Below are positions 28,737 to 38,170 of a stretch of DNA of 64,000 bases, piece by piece (the stretch's first letter is position 1; every line of letters starts with the position of its first letter). The stretch lies in the IMG/VR virus record IMGVR_UViG_3300032245_001322, positions 1-64,000 of that record; one strand, 5' to 3'. The notes under the pieces are model-generated. The model saw nothing but the letters and a program-made list of their open reading frames with translations, was not told the DNA's origin and ran no database searches. The translations under genes and the position numbers were made by a program. This DNA is from a virus.

Positions 28737-29035
28737 CAGATTTACAAAAATACAAAATAGAAAATTTAAGAAACGAGTATAACAATAATGTTAATGAATA
28801 CATAGGGTTTGGCTCTGAAAGGTATTGCTCTTTTGAAGTTAGAAAAAGTCTAAATGAGGAAGATAATAGTATAACTATTGTTTCAACTTTAATAGAAGAT
28901 TTATCTGAAGAAAACATTCCATTTACTAAACAAATATTTTATAATATTTTATTTGATGGTGAAGTAATAACTATGAATTTAGTTATGCCACAACCATTAA
29001 TTGCTAAATATATAAGTAACACAACACTAATATGA
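28733..29035 (+). CDS. hypothetical protein
   Basis: ORF. Confidence 0.5.
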   Translation: MTDLQKYKIENLRNEYNNNVNEYIGFGSERYCSFEVRKSLNEEDNSITIVSTLIEDLSEENIPFTKQIFYNILFDGEVITMNLVMPQPLIAKYISNTTLI

Positions 29036-29409
29036 TAAGATTTTTTAATTTTTTAAATATATCCGAAGAGGAACAAAATAAATTACCACAAGATATTCTT
29101 GATGGTGGCAAATTAATTGATGGAATGCAGTTAATTTATGAAGAAATAACAAATGAGCGTAAAAGAGATGTAATGGCTCATACTATTGCAGAAATGTCAA
29201 GTATTTTGTTAAAGCGTTTAAATGAATATAAATTAAATCCTAAAGCAAAAGAAAACATTGAAGAAGAAATAAAAGAAATTGAGCAGGTTCAAGATATTCA
29301 AGAAGTTCAAGTTGTCGAAACGCCACCAAGTGACGATGATAAAAATATTGATGAAAAAAGATTATTTTTGGAACATATTAGAAAAGACATTTTAGATATA
29401 GAATTTTAA
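29032..29409 (+). CDS. hypothetical acidic protein
   Basis: ORF. Confidence 0.5.
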   Translation: MIRFFNFLNISEEEQNKLPQDILDGGKLIDGMQLIYEEITNERKRDVMAHTIAEMSSILLKRLNEYKLNPKAKENIEEEIKEIEQVQDIQEVQVVETPPSDDDKNIDEKRLFLEHIRKDILDIEF

Positions 29410-29418
29410 AATAAAATT

Positions 29419-30216
29419 ATGAGACATACTACAAATACTTTATCCACTTTATACAGGTCTATTGACCAAACAAAGATTTCTGATAAAGCAAAGGAAACAT
29501 TAAAAAAATTGCGTTTAGCAACGGGTAATTTTGTTGGTAAAGACGAAGAAGCAAAACAATTATTTGTTGATTTTTTTAACAAGTTAAAAGAAAGTAAACC
29601 TATTGCCGTTAAGACAACTCCCGAATATAAAAAGGCTTTGAGAGATGCTCAAAGAGAGAGAGGTAAAGCCCTTGGCGAAAAAAGGAAACAGAAATCTAAA
29701 GAGCCCAAAGGTACAGGGAACGAAATTGACGCAAGTAGACCTGCAAAACCTTTTGGATGGAGAATGAGGGGTAAACATAATTACAAAAAACCTACAAGAG
29801 CAGACATTACAGAAGGAAGAGCGTATTACGAAGGACGTGTTAATCGTGCAGATGTAAAACGTAAAAAATATCCTATGTTAGAGCGTGGTGGCTATATGGC
29901 TGAAGGTGGTATGATTAACCATGGCTTTAGAAGTGGAGATAAAATCATTGAAATTTACAAAGGATATGGCATTATAGAATCAAAAGATATTGTTGAAGTA
30001 ATTGACCCTTCAAGAGGTTCTCGCTATGTTGTAGACCATGGAAATACTATGGACGAACAAATTGATGGTGCAAAAAGAATGATTGATAATATGACCCCTA
30101 TAGAACTTGTAGATAGAATTGAAATAGGAACAGATAGAAATGGTTCTATGGATAGACGTGGAGTTGAATATGCTAAAGGTGGAGTATTTTACACCGAAAA
30201 ACACAAAAAAGATTAA
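29419..30216 (+). CDS. basic protein with aromatic-x-GG repeats
   Basis: LERGGYMAEGGMINHG, YAKGGVFY. Lys/Arg-rich N-terminal half. Confidence 0.55.
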   Translation: MRHTTNTLSTLYRSIDQTKISDKAKETLKKLRLATGNFVGKDEEAKQLFVDFFNKLKESKPIAVKTTPEYKKALRDAQRERGKALGEKRKQKSKEPKGTGNEIDASRPAKPFGWRMRGKHNYKKPTRADITEGRAYYEGRVNRADVKRKKYPMLERGGYMAEGGMINHGFRSGDKIIEIYKGYGIIESKDIVEVIDPSRGSRYVVDHGNTMDEQIDGAKRMIDNMTPIELVDRIEIGTDRNGSMDRRGVEYAKGGVFYTEKHKKD

Positions 30217-31085
30217 TGATGAAGTTGTTTACAAAAGACATTGATAAAAAGTTATTTGCTCAATTCCCGAAAGGTGGGGATTTAGCAAATCAAAAGGTAA
30301 TTGCTAAAATATTTAATCCTTATGGTCGTGGAGTTTGGTATATAATTAATTCAGACCCCGATGACCCAGATTATTTATGGGCTATTGTTAACTTATTTGA
30401 AGTTGAAGTAGGGAGCGTTTCAAGAAAAGAACTTGAATCTTTAAGAATAAAGCCATTTATGTTGCCTTTAGAGAGAGATTTATCGTTTCGTGAAAGAAAT
30501 GCTTTAGAGGTATATAAAGGTGTACAAGGTGGCGAAAGATATGAGCATGGTGGGGAGTTAGAAATGGGTATCAAAAAAGAAATGGAAGAGCATGGTATGT
30601 CAAAAGAAGAGGCTACCAAAACGGCTATAGACCACTTGAGAGAAAATCCTAAATACTATACATTGCTTGAAAAATTCAAATTAGCAGGTGGTGGCGTAAC
30701 GAGAAAACATAAAATTACCTTGTATGAAAGTAAATTAATGGCTGAAGAAGGTAAACGAGTTTTAGTATCTCAAGATGGTCAACAATTTTATACTATTGAA
30801 GAAGGTGTCCTATACAAAACTGATGATGACTTAAATCATCAAGAAAAGTTTGATATGGATAAAATAAAGTTAATTATTTTACCTATGGAAAGTTATGAAA
30901 GTAAATTTGCAAAAGGTGGTTTAACATTTGATGAAAAAGTTAAAGCAGTTAAAAAATCATTAATGAGTAGAGATGTTCCTAAAAAATATCGAAATTTGTA
31001 TGGTAAAAAATACGATAAAGATGAAGCAGAGGAATCTGCTAAAAAAATTATTGGGGCACAAGTAAAAAAATACAACAAAAAATAA
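30216..31085 (+). CDS. protein with aromatic-x-GG repeats
   Basis: YEHGGELEMG, LAGGGVTRKH, FAKGGLTFDE. Confidence 0.55.
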   Translation: MMKLFTKDIDKKLFAQFPKGGDLANQKVIAKIFNPYGRGVWYIINSDPDDPDYLWAIVNLFEVEVGSVSRKELESLRIKPFMLPLERDLSFRERNALEVYKGVQGGERYEHGGELEMGIKKEMEEHGMSKEEATKTAIDHLRENPKYYTLLEKFKLAGGGVTRKHKITLYESKLMAEEGKRVLVSQDGQQFYTIEEGVLYKTDDDLNHQEKFDMDKIKLIILPMESYESKFAKGGLTFDEKVKAVKKSLMSRDVPKKYRNLYGKKYDKDEAEESAKKIIGAQVKKYNKK

Positions 31086-31097
31086 AAATAGGACAAC

Positions 31098-31598
31098 ATG
31101 GACAAAATTATTAAAGTTCTCAAACAGAACAAATTAAAAGAAAGTATGCTAAGTCAAGAGATTCAAACTTCTATTGAAAATCTTGAAAATTTAATTGTAA
31201 AGCATAATGCTGAAGTTGATGAATTGGACAATTCAGAAGAAGTAACTGAAGAACAAGAAAATCATATTGAGCAACAATCTCAATTAATTGATTCAACGGA
31301 AGCAAGTATTGTTTCTGCAATTGAAACTTTTTTAGAAGCAAAAGCAGATGCTGAAGCAAAAGCAAAAGAAGAAGCAGAGCAAAAAGCAAAAGACGAAGCC
31401 GATAAAAAGGCAAAAGAAGATGCTGATTCAAAAGCGAAAGCAGACTCAGAAGCAAAAGAAGAAGCCGATAGAAAGGCTAAAGAAGAATTAAACAAACCTA
31501 AACCAAAAGAGAAAAAAAGTGGATTAGGAATGTTTTTGTTGGGTGCAGTAGTACTTATTGCAACGGCAGGGGTAGTTAATGTAATGAATAAAAAATAA
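31098..31598 (+). CDS. coiled-coil repeat protein (KAKEEAD repeats) with C-terminal TM anchor
   Basis: AEAKAKEEAEQKAKDEADKKAKEDADSKAKADSEAKEEADRKAKEE, then GMFLLGAVVLIATAGVV. Confidence 0.55.
   Translation: MDKIIKVLKQNKLKESMLSQEIQTSIENLENLIVKHNAEVDELDNSEEVTEEQENHIEQQSQLIDSTEASIVSAIETFLEAKADAEAKAKEEAEQKAKDEADKKAKEDADSKAKADSEAKEEADRKAKEELNKPKPKEKKSGLGMFLLGAVVLIATAGVVNVMNKK
31330..31480 (+). repeat. imperfect 21-24-nt coding repeats (GCAAAAG[A/C]AGA[A/T]GC[T/C]GA...)
   Basis: Encodes KAKEEAD-type repeats. Confidence 0.5.
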
Positions 31599-31891
31599 TG
31601 GCTTATAAAATAACTGCATATACCAAATCACAAGCGAAAAAACTTGGCGTAGTAGTGAAGAATTCTTCGGTGAAAGGGAAGAAGATTGCAGTTATTAAAA
31701 ACGGCAAAAAAATAGCCGATGTAGGTGCATTAGGTTACAATGATTATCCCACTTTCCTTGAATTAGAAAAACAAGGCAAATTGCCAAAAGGTACTGCAAC
31801 CCAAAAAAGGAAAAATTATAAAAGTAGGCACGAGAAAGATAGGAAAGTCCCTAATTCTCGTGGCTACTATGCAGACAAACTTTTATGGTAG
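31598..31891 (+). CDS. hypothetical basic protein
   Basis: ORF. Confidence 0.5.
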   Translation: MAYKITAYTKSQAKKLGVVVKNSSVKGKKIAVIKNGKKIADVGALGYNDYPTFLELEKQGKLPKGTATQKRKNYKSRHEKDRKVPNSRGYYADKLLW

Positions 31892-32163
31892 TTAAAAAAG
31901 AGGATATGAAGTTACCGATTACATTTGAACAATTTAAAAAAAATCCTATCACGGCAGTTACATTTTGTATGCTAGTCGTAGTAGGTTACTTATATGTCGA
32001 CCAAAAGACAAGTGAGAAAGAGAGATTAACCGATTGTGCTACAGAAGTTAATGCACTAAAATCCGAGTTGAAAATTGTACAAAATAGACAACGAAAGAAT
32101 GATAGTGCTTTGGCAGTAGCCATGACTGAATTAAAGATTTTAACAAGATTAGGCAAAATATGA
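31885..32163 (+). CDS. membrane protein (one TM)
   Basis: Hydrophobic helix AVTFCMLVVVGYLYV. Confidence 0.5.
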   Translation: MVVKKEDMKLPITFEQFKKNPITAVTFCMLVVVGYLYVDQKTSEKERLTDCATEVNALKSELKIVQNRQRKNDSALAVAMTELKILTRLGKI

Positions 32164-32465
32164 AAAAATTAATTCCTTTGATATTTTTGATTGGATGTTC
32201 GCAGAAAGAAACACCAAAAAAATACGAACACGATGAAGTTATTATTCACGACACATTAATAGCGTCTTTTAGTGACGAAATTAAAAATATGAAGTCGGCT
32301 ATTGAAAATAAAAATCATTCAGTCAAAAGGTCTAAGGATTCGTTATCTAAGCAAATAAAAAAGTTACACGCTAAAAACAAACATCTTCAATATGAAAATG
32401 ATTTCTATTTAGATGCAATTGATGGATATAGCGATGTAATCATGCATAATGATACTATTAAATAA
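32160..32465 (+). CDS. lipoprotein
   Basis: MKKLIPLIFLIGC lipobox. Confidence 0.5.
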   Translation: MKKLIPLIFLIGCSQKETPKKYEHDEVIIHDTLIASFSDEIKNMKSAIENKNHSVKRSKDSLSKQIKKLHAKNKHLQYENDFYLDAIDGYSDVIMHNDTIK

Positions 32466-32486
32466 AAATGCTTAAATTTGTAAATC

Positions 32487-32633
32487 ATGAGTAGAAATTT
32501 TATTATAATCGGAAGTGTTTTAGCCGTGGCTATTGGAATAGGTTATTGGTATTATATCTCTAACCAAGAGAAAGATACGGAAGCAATAACTCCCGAAGAT
32601 AAAGAGGAATTAGAAAAAATTAAAATAGTTTAA
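32487..32633 (+). CDS. small TM protein (48 aa)
   Basis: Below track cutoff; hydrophobic IIIGSVLAVAIGIGYWYYI. Confidence 0.35.
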   Translation: MSRNFIIIGSVLAVAIGIGYWYYISNQEKDTEAITPEDKEELEKIKIV

Positions 32634-32634
32634 T

Positions 32635-33399
32635 ATGGCAAACATTGTTATACCTGCATTAAAAGAAGAATATAAAGTACCTGCAAACCAACCACCTTGG
32701 AAAATTCAGTCAATTGCGACTGTTAAAAAGGTAAAGGCTAATTATGGTAAAGTTCTTGAAGAAGCATCAAGTTATATTGGTGTGCCTTATGAATTAGTAG
32801 TTGGCTTTACTTCAACCGAGAGTGGTGGTGCAAAAAACGAAACTTTAAATGGTGGTGCAAAAGGTATTATGCAAGTCGAAGTAGGTACTGCATGGCAATG
32901 TTTATCAGACCAATTAAAAGTTGATACCTTGGGTAATTTTTATATTTTTTATAAACTTGCACCAAACTTATTTTCAATTAAAAAAACTATTCCAAATCCT
33001 TTAGGAAATGCAAGTAATGAAAAGGCTTCAGATTATTTAAAAATAAAACCTTTAAGTTCTGTATCAAGTTCCGTTGCAAAATATTTAACGACAAAAGATG
33101 CCAAATTTTCTGCCTACATAGGTTCTTTGGTATTAGGTCAAATGATTAACAAAACTTTGAAAAGTGTTGGTCAAATTAGACTTGACCATATTATCATTAA
33201 GTATAACGCAGGAACGGGTGCTTTTTCTAAAAATGTAACAAAAAAAGGGTTGGAAAAATCAAATGTTGATACAACGGGTATTTACAATAGTATTAAAACG
33301 AACTTCGCTCAAAGAAAATCTGAGGTTCTTCGTTCGTACTTAGTAAAAATGCTTGGTATTAATGGTTTTTTAGACGTTCAAAAACAAAAATTAGCATAA
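32635..33399 (+). CDS. lytic transglycosylase (SLT domain)
   Basis: FTSTESGGAKNE...GAKGIMQVEVGTA matches the SLT E-S ... GLMQ motif. Confidence 0.6.
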   Translation: MANIVIPALKEEYKVPANQPPWKIQSIATVKKVKANYGKVLEEASSYIGVPYELVVGFTSTESGGAKNETLNGGAKGIMQVEVGTAWQCLSDQLKVDTLGNFYIFYKLAPNLFSIKKTIPNPLGNASNEKASDYLKIKPLSSVSSSVAKYLTTKDAKFSAYIGSLVLGQMINKTLKSVGQIRLDHIIIKYNAGTGAFSKNVTKKGLEKSNVDTTGIYNSIKTNFAQRKSEVLRSYLVKMLGINGFLDVQKQKLA

Positions 33400-33400
33400 T

Positions 33401-33643
33401 ATGAATTTTTTCAGAAATATGGTTAGTTCTAAGGGTGATGTTTCTTCAAAGAGATTTCTTGGGGCTATTGGATTCATTTCTCTTATCCTTGCTATGTTTA
33501 TCACACTTTATGTTAAGTTTGATTTAGAAGTAGGTAAGAGATTAATTGAAGCCGTTGAATACATTTCTATTGCTTATGGTTTAGGTACTGTGGCAGAGAA
33601 ATTTGCAAATAAAAACGAAACAAATAATGAAATAATTAATTAA
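33401..33643 (+). CDS. small TM protein
   Basis: Hydrophobic helix. Confidence 0.5.
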   Translation: MNFFRNMVSSKGDVSSKRFLGAIGFISLILAMFITLYVKFDLEVGKRLIEAVEYISIAYGLGTVAEKFANKNETNNEIIN

Positions 33644-33645
33644 AT

Positions 33646-33762
33646 ATGGATACTAAAAAAATAGGTTTAGGTGGGATGTTATTCTCATTAGCCGTAGGAT
33701 TTGCGACTATCTATGCATTTGCATACGTTGCAGGTAAGGGTTGGAAAAAAGCAAATAGTTAA
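33646..33762 (+). CDS. small TM protein (38 aa)
   Basis: Below cutoff; hydrophobic. Confidence 0.3.
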   Translation: MDTKKIGLGGMLFSLAVGFATIYAFAYVAGKGWKKANS

Positions 33763-34244
33763 TGCAAGGGGTTTTTAAGGAAATATCGAGAGCGACTGAA
33801 GGGTCTTATGGTACTGCAATCATTTATGCAGGTGCTATTGGATTGATTCTATCTGACATTATTCCTACTCCTGCTGACGCTTTATATTTCTATACCGAAA
33901 AGAAACTTCGTGACCAATGGGTTGCTAAACAAATTACGCCAAAACAATATTGGATAAGGTCGGCATCGGCTTATTACTTATACAATCCTATTTGGTGGAC
34001 TTTGGTTTTAGGGGCTATGCACTACACCGAAGGCGACTTTAAACAAAAGGCTAAAATTGGCTTAATGGTTATTGGAGCAGGTGCAGTAATTGGTATGATT
34101 TATAGGAACTATAAAGTAGACATTCAACAAGTTAAAGAAGATGCTTTTGCAAAAGACACAAAAGTAAACTTTGATGCAAAACCAAGTACCAATCGAGTAA
34201 GAAGTGTTTACAGAGTTGGTAATAAAATTAAATTCACACAATAA
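33762..34244 (+). CDS. membrane protein
   Basis: Several hydrophobic segments. Confidence 0.5.
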   Translation: MQGVFKEISRATEGSYGTAIIYAGAIGLILSDIIPTPADALYFYTEKKLRDQWVAKQITPKQYWIRSASAYYLYNPIWWTLVLGAMHYTEGDFKQKAKIGLMVIGAGAVIGMIYRNYKVDIQQVKEDAFAKDTKVNFDAKPSTNRVRSVYRVGNKIKFTQ

Positions 34245-34597
34245 TGATAGACCCTAACGCAACACAACAAGTAGCAACAAATGGTGCAGGAGGTTCGCCA
34301 CAAGTGAACATCCCACCTATGGAAACACCAACACCATCTCAAGGTATGGCAGAAGGTGGTTCAACTGACAATAATACAATTGATACTTTAGAAGAAAATA
34401 CGGCTATGGATAGAACTCAATGGTTAACCATTTTTTTAATTGGTTTAACAATTGTATCCTTAGTCATGAGTATCGTTTCAAGTCGTAAACAGATTCAAAA
34501 ATTGGACAAAGATGATTCTGATATGAACAAAAAATTGAACGAACTCGAAACTAATTTAAGAAAACAAATGGGCGACAAGTATGAAGAGTTGGCTTGA
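34244..34597 (+). CDS. TM protein
   Basis: Central hydrophobic helix. Confidence 0.5.
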   Translation: MIDPNATQQVATNGAGGSPQVNIPPMETPTPSQGMAEGGSTDNNTIDTLEENTAMDRTQWLTIFLIGLTIVSLVMSIVSSRKQIQKLDKDDSDMNKKLNELETNLRKQMGDKYEELA

Positions 34598-35231
34598 CGA
34601 AGTCACATACGGAAATCCGAATGATATTTACTTGCCCTACTTGAAAAAAGGGGGCGAGTTTGAATCATTATATGAGGAATTTAAAAATTTTCCTTTCCCC
34701 TCTAATTCATCAGAGACAACCAAAGATGAAATAAGAGAACTATTGCATTATCAAAATAGCGAAAGTCAACAAAATGAAAAAATTGTTACTCGATATATTT
34801 CCTACGATGATGATTTAGCATCAATTTTAAAGCGTTATTGCGTTGAAAAAATTGGTCAAAACGAAGATGAACTTATTGATGATATTATTGAATCTACAAA
34901 AAGTTTAATCGCAAAATTAAAATTTCACTATCAACGACCAAGACCTTATCAGTTGGCACAATATTTAAAGGCTCGGTTATTCCCTTCAGCAAGTATGTCG
35001 GCATTGAATCCTTCATACCCAAGTGGACATACCTTACAAGCAAAACTTGTTTGTAGTGTTTTGGGAAACAAATACGTTGAACACAATGATTATTTACAAA
35101 AATTGGCACACGACATATCAGTTAGTAGATTGTTCTTAGGATTGCATTATTCAAGTGATAATGATTTTTCCTTAATTATTGCAGACAAAATACTAACAGA
35201 CAAAAACTTCACGAAAAAACATGGAATATGA
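34581..35231 (+). CDS. PAP2-family phosphatase
   Basis: Complete tripartite signature: KLKFHYQRP (K-x6-RP), PSGH, SRLFLGLHYSSD (SR-x5-H-x3-D). Confidence 0.7.
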   Translation: MKSWLDEVTYGNPNDIYLPYLKKGGEFESLYEEFKNFPFPSNSSETTKDEIRELLHYQNSESQQNEKIVTRYISYDDDLASILKRYCVEKIGQNEDELIDDIIESTKSLIAKLKFHYQRPRPYQLAQYLKARLFPSASMSALNPSYPSGHTLQAKLVCSVLGNKYVEHNDYLQKLAHDISVSRLFLGLHYSSDNDFSLIIADKILTDKNFTKKHGI

Positions 35232-35604
35232 ATTTTTAGTAACACCGATAGGTAAACCAAGAATGACCCAAAGGGACAAATGGTTAAAACCTCCAAGAGA
35301 AGCAGTTTTAAAATATAGACTGCATAAAAAAGCCATGGAAGATTACGCCATGATAACTAAGTTTAAATTAACGGAAATTTTAGATGTAGATTTTTACATT
35401 CCTATGCCCGAAAGTTGGAGCAAAAAGAAAAAAGAGTCTATGTGTGGTAAACCACATCAAAATAAACCCGACTTAGATAATATTTTAAAATTTATCATGG
35501 ATACGCTATTACCCGAAGGCGACCAAAATGTACACACTATTGTGGCTAAAAAAGTTTGGGATTACGAAGGCAAAATTATTTTTAGAGATGCAACCAACGA
35601 ATAA
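35221..35604 (+). CDS. rusA: RusA-like Holliday junction resolvase
   Basis: KPDLDNILKFIMDTL and GDQNVHTIVAKKVW resemble RusA RRDLDNLQKAAFDAL and DDAQVV-YRVVK. Confidence 0.65.
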   Translation: MEYEFLVTPIGKPRMTQRDKWLKPPREAVLKYRLHKKAMEDYAMITKFKLTEILDVDFYIPMPESWSKKKKESMCGKPHQNKPDLDNILKFIMDTLLPEGDQNVHTIVAKKVWDYEGKIIFRDATNE

Positions 35605-35617
35605 TGATAACAATCAA

Positions 35618-36040
35618 ATGGTTTCTAATCTATTAGAGACCATGGTTTCGACAATTAAAGAAATAGGAATATTAAATACTATTCTTGTTCTCGAAAATGG
35701 CAAAGATAAATCTAATAACTTTGAAAGAAAAGATATTTTGTGGGCTATAGAATGTGTATGTGCAGTATTCAATATGCCACCCGAAACACTCTTTTCACCA
35801 AGTAAAAAATATCCAAGAAAATATGCTTTTGGTATTTGGGCTTATCTATGTGATAAACACTTGCTTTATAGTCCTAAAGACCTTGCCAAAATAAGTGGTA
35901 AAAGTAGGGCTACAATTTACAAGTCAACTTGCTTTATTAGGAAATTCCCTAAATCAAGTACAAACGCTTTTGAGCAAAAAATTATTGAAAAAATTAACGA
36001 ATCAGAAAACAACTTAAAAATAAAATTAAACAAAAATTAA
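35618..36040 (+). CDS. hypothetical protein with DnaA-C-terminal-like HTH
   Basis: PRKYAFGIWAYLCDKHLLYSPKDLAKISGKSRATIYKS resembles DnaA domain IV. Start trimmed to in-frame ATG after the RusA stop. Confidence 0.35.
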   Translation: MVSNLLETMVSTIKEIGILNTILVLENGKDKSNNFERKDILWAIECVCAVFNMPPETLFSPSKKYPRKYAFGIWAYLCDKHLLYSPKDLAKISGKSRATIYKSTCFIRKFPKSSTNAFEQKIIEKINESENNLKIKLNKN

Positions 36041-36041
36041 T

Positions 36042-37049
36042 ATGGACAACAACGTAGGATTTAACGCTGAAGCAGAATTTGAAAATGACTTTTCACCACT
36101 ACAAGAAAATGTAGTTCAAAGAGATTATACAAGACCGAATGTATCGGGAATGGTAGATTCATCTCCTATTGAAGAAGCAGTCGTTATTCCACCAACTTTT
36201 GAAGATTTGAATAATTCATTTCAACAAAATTTAGGTGGTGCAGAAATGGAAGAACAACCAAGTGGCGATGGTAGAAAAGTTTGGGGCTCTGATGACGAAT
36301 CGGGAAGTGCAAACCCTTACACAGAGAATTTAGATAAAAAAGACCAAAAGAAAGCGTCCGAAGCACTTGTAGAAGCCGTTTTAGATGGCTACACTCAATT
36401 AAATGGTTTTGCTAACAAACTTATTCAATTCAATCCGAATAAGGTTCAGAAAATGATTAGCGAAGGGGAAATTGATGGTGGTTTAAGAATTCCAATTCAA
36501 GGTCAAACTATTGGAGTATTAGATTACATTAATGAATACAATAAACAAACCGAAGGAGTTATTAGTGTAAGTGATGAATTTAAAGACAAGGTAAGACCTG
36601 TAATGGTTCGTGTATTCCAAAAGAGAAATATTGGAATGACAGATGAGCAGTTATTGGCTTATTATTTTGGTGTGGATATTATTCAAAAAGGTGCTATGGT
36701 TTATCAATTAAGAGGTCAAAATGCTCAATTATTGGCACAACTTAAAGATATGAGTACGGGTTACACGCCACCACCACCACAAAGAGAACAAGCAAGGGAA
36801 GAAGCCCCACGCCAAGAACCACAACAAACAAATGAAGCCCCACAAAGGGAATATGTTGAACCCGATGAAGTAAAAAAAGAAAGTCCAAAAGAAGAATTCG
36901 TAGAAGTCGAAGTAGTTAAGGAAACACCTAAACGTGCTAAGAGACCTACAACCATGCCCGAATTTGGAAATGAATCTATTTTACAACACATGGAAGATAT
37001 AGCAAACGAAGGTAAACCAAGAACAAATACAAGAAGGAAAAGAAAATGA
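36042..37049 (+). CDS. hypothetical protein with basic C-terminus
   Basis: Ends KPRTNTRRKRK; Pro/Glu-rich segment. Confidence 0.55.
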   Translation: MDNNVGFNAEAEFENDFSPLQENVVQRDYTRPNVSGMVDSSPIEEAVVIPPTFEDLNNSFQQNLGGAEMEEQPSGDGRKVWGSDDESGSANPYTENLDKKDQKKASEALVEAVLDGYTQLNGFANKLIQFNPNKVQKMISEGEIDGGLRIPIQGQTIGVLDYINEYNKQTEGVISVSDEFKDKVRPVMVRVFQKRNIGMTDEQLLAYYFGVDIIQKGAMVYQLRGQNAQLLAQLKDMSTGYTPPPPQREQAREEAPRQEPQQTNEAPQREYVEPDEVKKESPKEEFVEVEVVKETPKRAKRPTTMPEFGNESILQHMEDIANEGKPRTNTRRKRK

Positions 37050-37861
37050 GAGAAGCAATGCTAGGTGTAGCCGTTGGTAAAAAAGGGGTTGGAAAATCCT
37101 TTACCACCAACAAAATGATTCAATCTTATGTAACGGGGAATTTAGCAAGTGGCATACTTCCCCGAAGGGCTTTGATATTAGATGTTAATGATGAATTTTC
37201 TCACATTAAATCAATTGCAATGAAAGACTTAGTGAGATTTTCTGTACACCCTATTGTTGAAGCAAGAAGAATTAGACCTTTTCATGAGAATGGTAAAAAG
37301 ATGACCTTGGACGATATTGCCAAGACGCTTTTTATCATTCTTGAAACATATAGAGGTGGGTTGTTGTTAATTGAAGATATTAATAAATACATATCAGACG
37401 CTTTACCAAATGACGTTATTGGTGCAATTTGTACAAATAGGCATACGGATATGGACATTATCATGCACTTTCAATCTATTGGACGTATTAGCCCAAAAAT
37501 TTGGCAAAACATGAATTGGATTAGATTCCATAAAAATTTGGATTCAGTTGGTCGTCACGCTAAAAAGTTTGAAGACAAATATGAACTACTTCGAATTGTG
37601 GAAATGTTAACCGATAATGAATACAATAGTGGGAATAAAAGATTCTTCCAATATGTAGATATGGACGAGATGAAAATAGTAGGTAAAATAGATGATAAAA
37701 AACTTGACTTTGCTATTCGTCAATACATAGAAGAAAACTATCGTAAAATAATTACCCCTTTATTACAAATAAAAGGGTCAAATGGTAAAAACAAATACAC
37801 AACTGATAGTGCATTGAAATCTGAATACAATAGAATCAAAAATCTTTACACTAATTCATAA
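37046..37861 (+). CDS. small P-loop ATPase (candidate packaging ATPase of A32/PRD1-P9 type, or ParA-like)
   Basis: Walker A GVAVGKKGVGKS; Walker B-like GGLLLIEDI. 271 aa, directly upstream of putative major structural protein. Confidence 0.5.
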   Translation: MREAMLGVAVGKKGVGKSFTTNKMIQSYVTGNLASGILPRRALILDVNDEFSHIKSIAMKDLVRFSVHPIVEARRIRPFHENGKKMTLDDIAKTLFIILETYRGGLLLIEDINKYISDALPNDVIGAICTNRHTDMDIIMHFQSIGRISPKIWQNMNWIRFHKNLDSVGRHAKKFEDKYELLRIVEMLTDNEYNSGNKRFFQYVDMDEMKIVGKIDDKKLDFAIRQYIEENYRKIITPLLQIKGSNGKNKYTTDSALKSEYNRIKNLYTNS

Positions 37862-38029
37862 TTTGTAAATAATTGATTTTCTTGTTATTGGAAATTAAAT
37901 TCTAACATAGTTAAACATTCATAGGAATTTAAGAAATGCGTAGCAAACTTATTATCAATAATAAAAAATAATTTTGAAATAGTTAAGACCTCTGAAGGTG
38001 CTTGACAAGAAAAAAATAGAAATATAGAA

Positions 38030-38137
38030 ATGGAAAAGGTAAAAGAATTTTTATTATCGGTAGGAGTTATCGTTGTTGGTGTCCTTGTTGCCAACCAAGT
38101 GCAAAAAGCAATTGACAAAAACAAGACTACAATTTAA
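38030..38137 (+). CDS. small TM protein (35 aa)
   Basis: Below cutoff; LLSVGVIVVGVLVA. Confidence 0.3.
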   Translation: MEKVKEFLLSVGVIVVGVLVANQVQKAIDKNKTTI

Positions 38138-38170
38138 ACAAACAAACAAAAATTTTAAAAAAACAAAATT

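Noticed and set aside
31171-31495. Minus ORFs antisense to the KAKEEAD repeat gene
   Set aside because: Repeat-driven antisense frames (poly-Leu/Ser/Ala).
36761-36991. Minus ORF 36761..36991
   Set aside because: Antisense to the Pro/Glu-rich region of 36042..37049.
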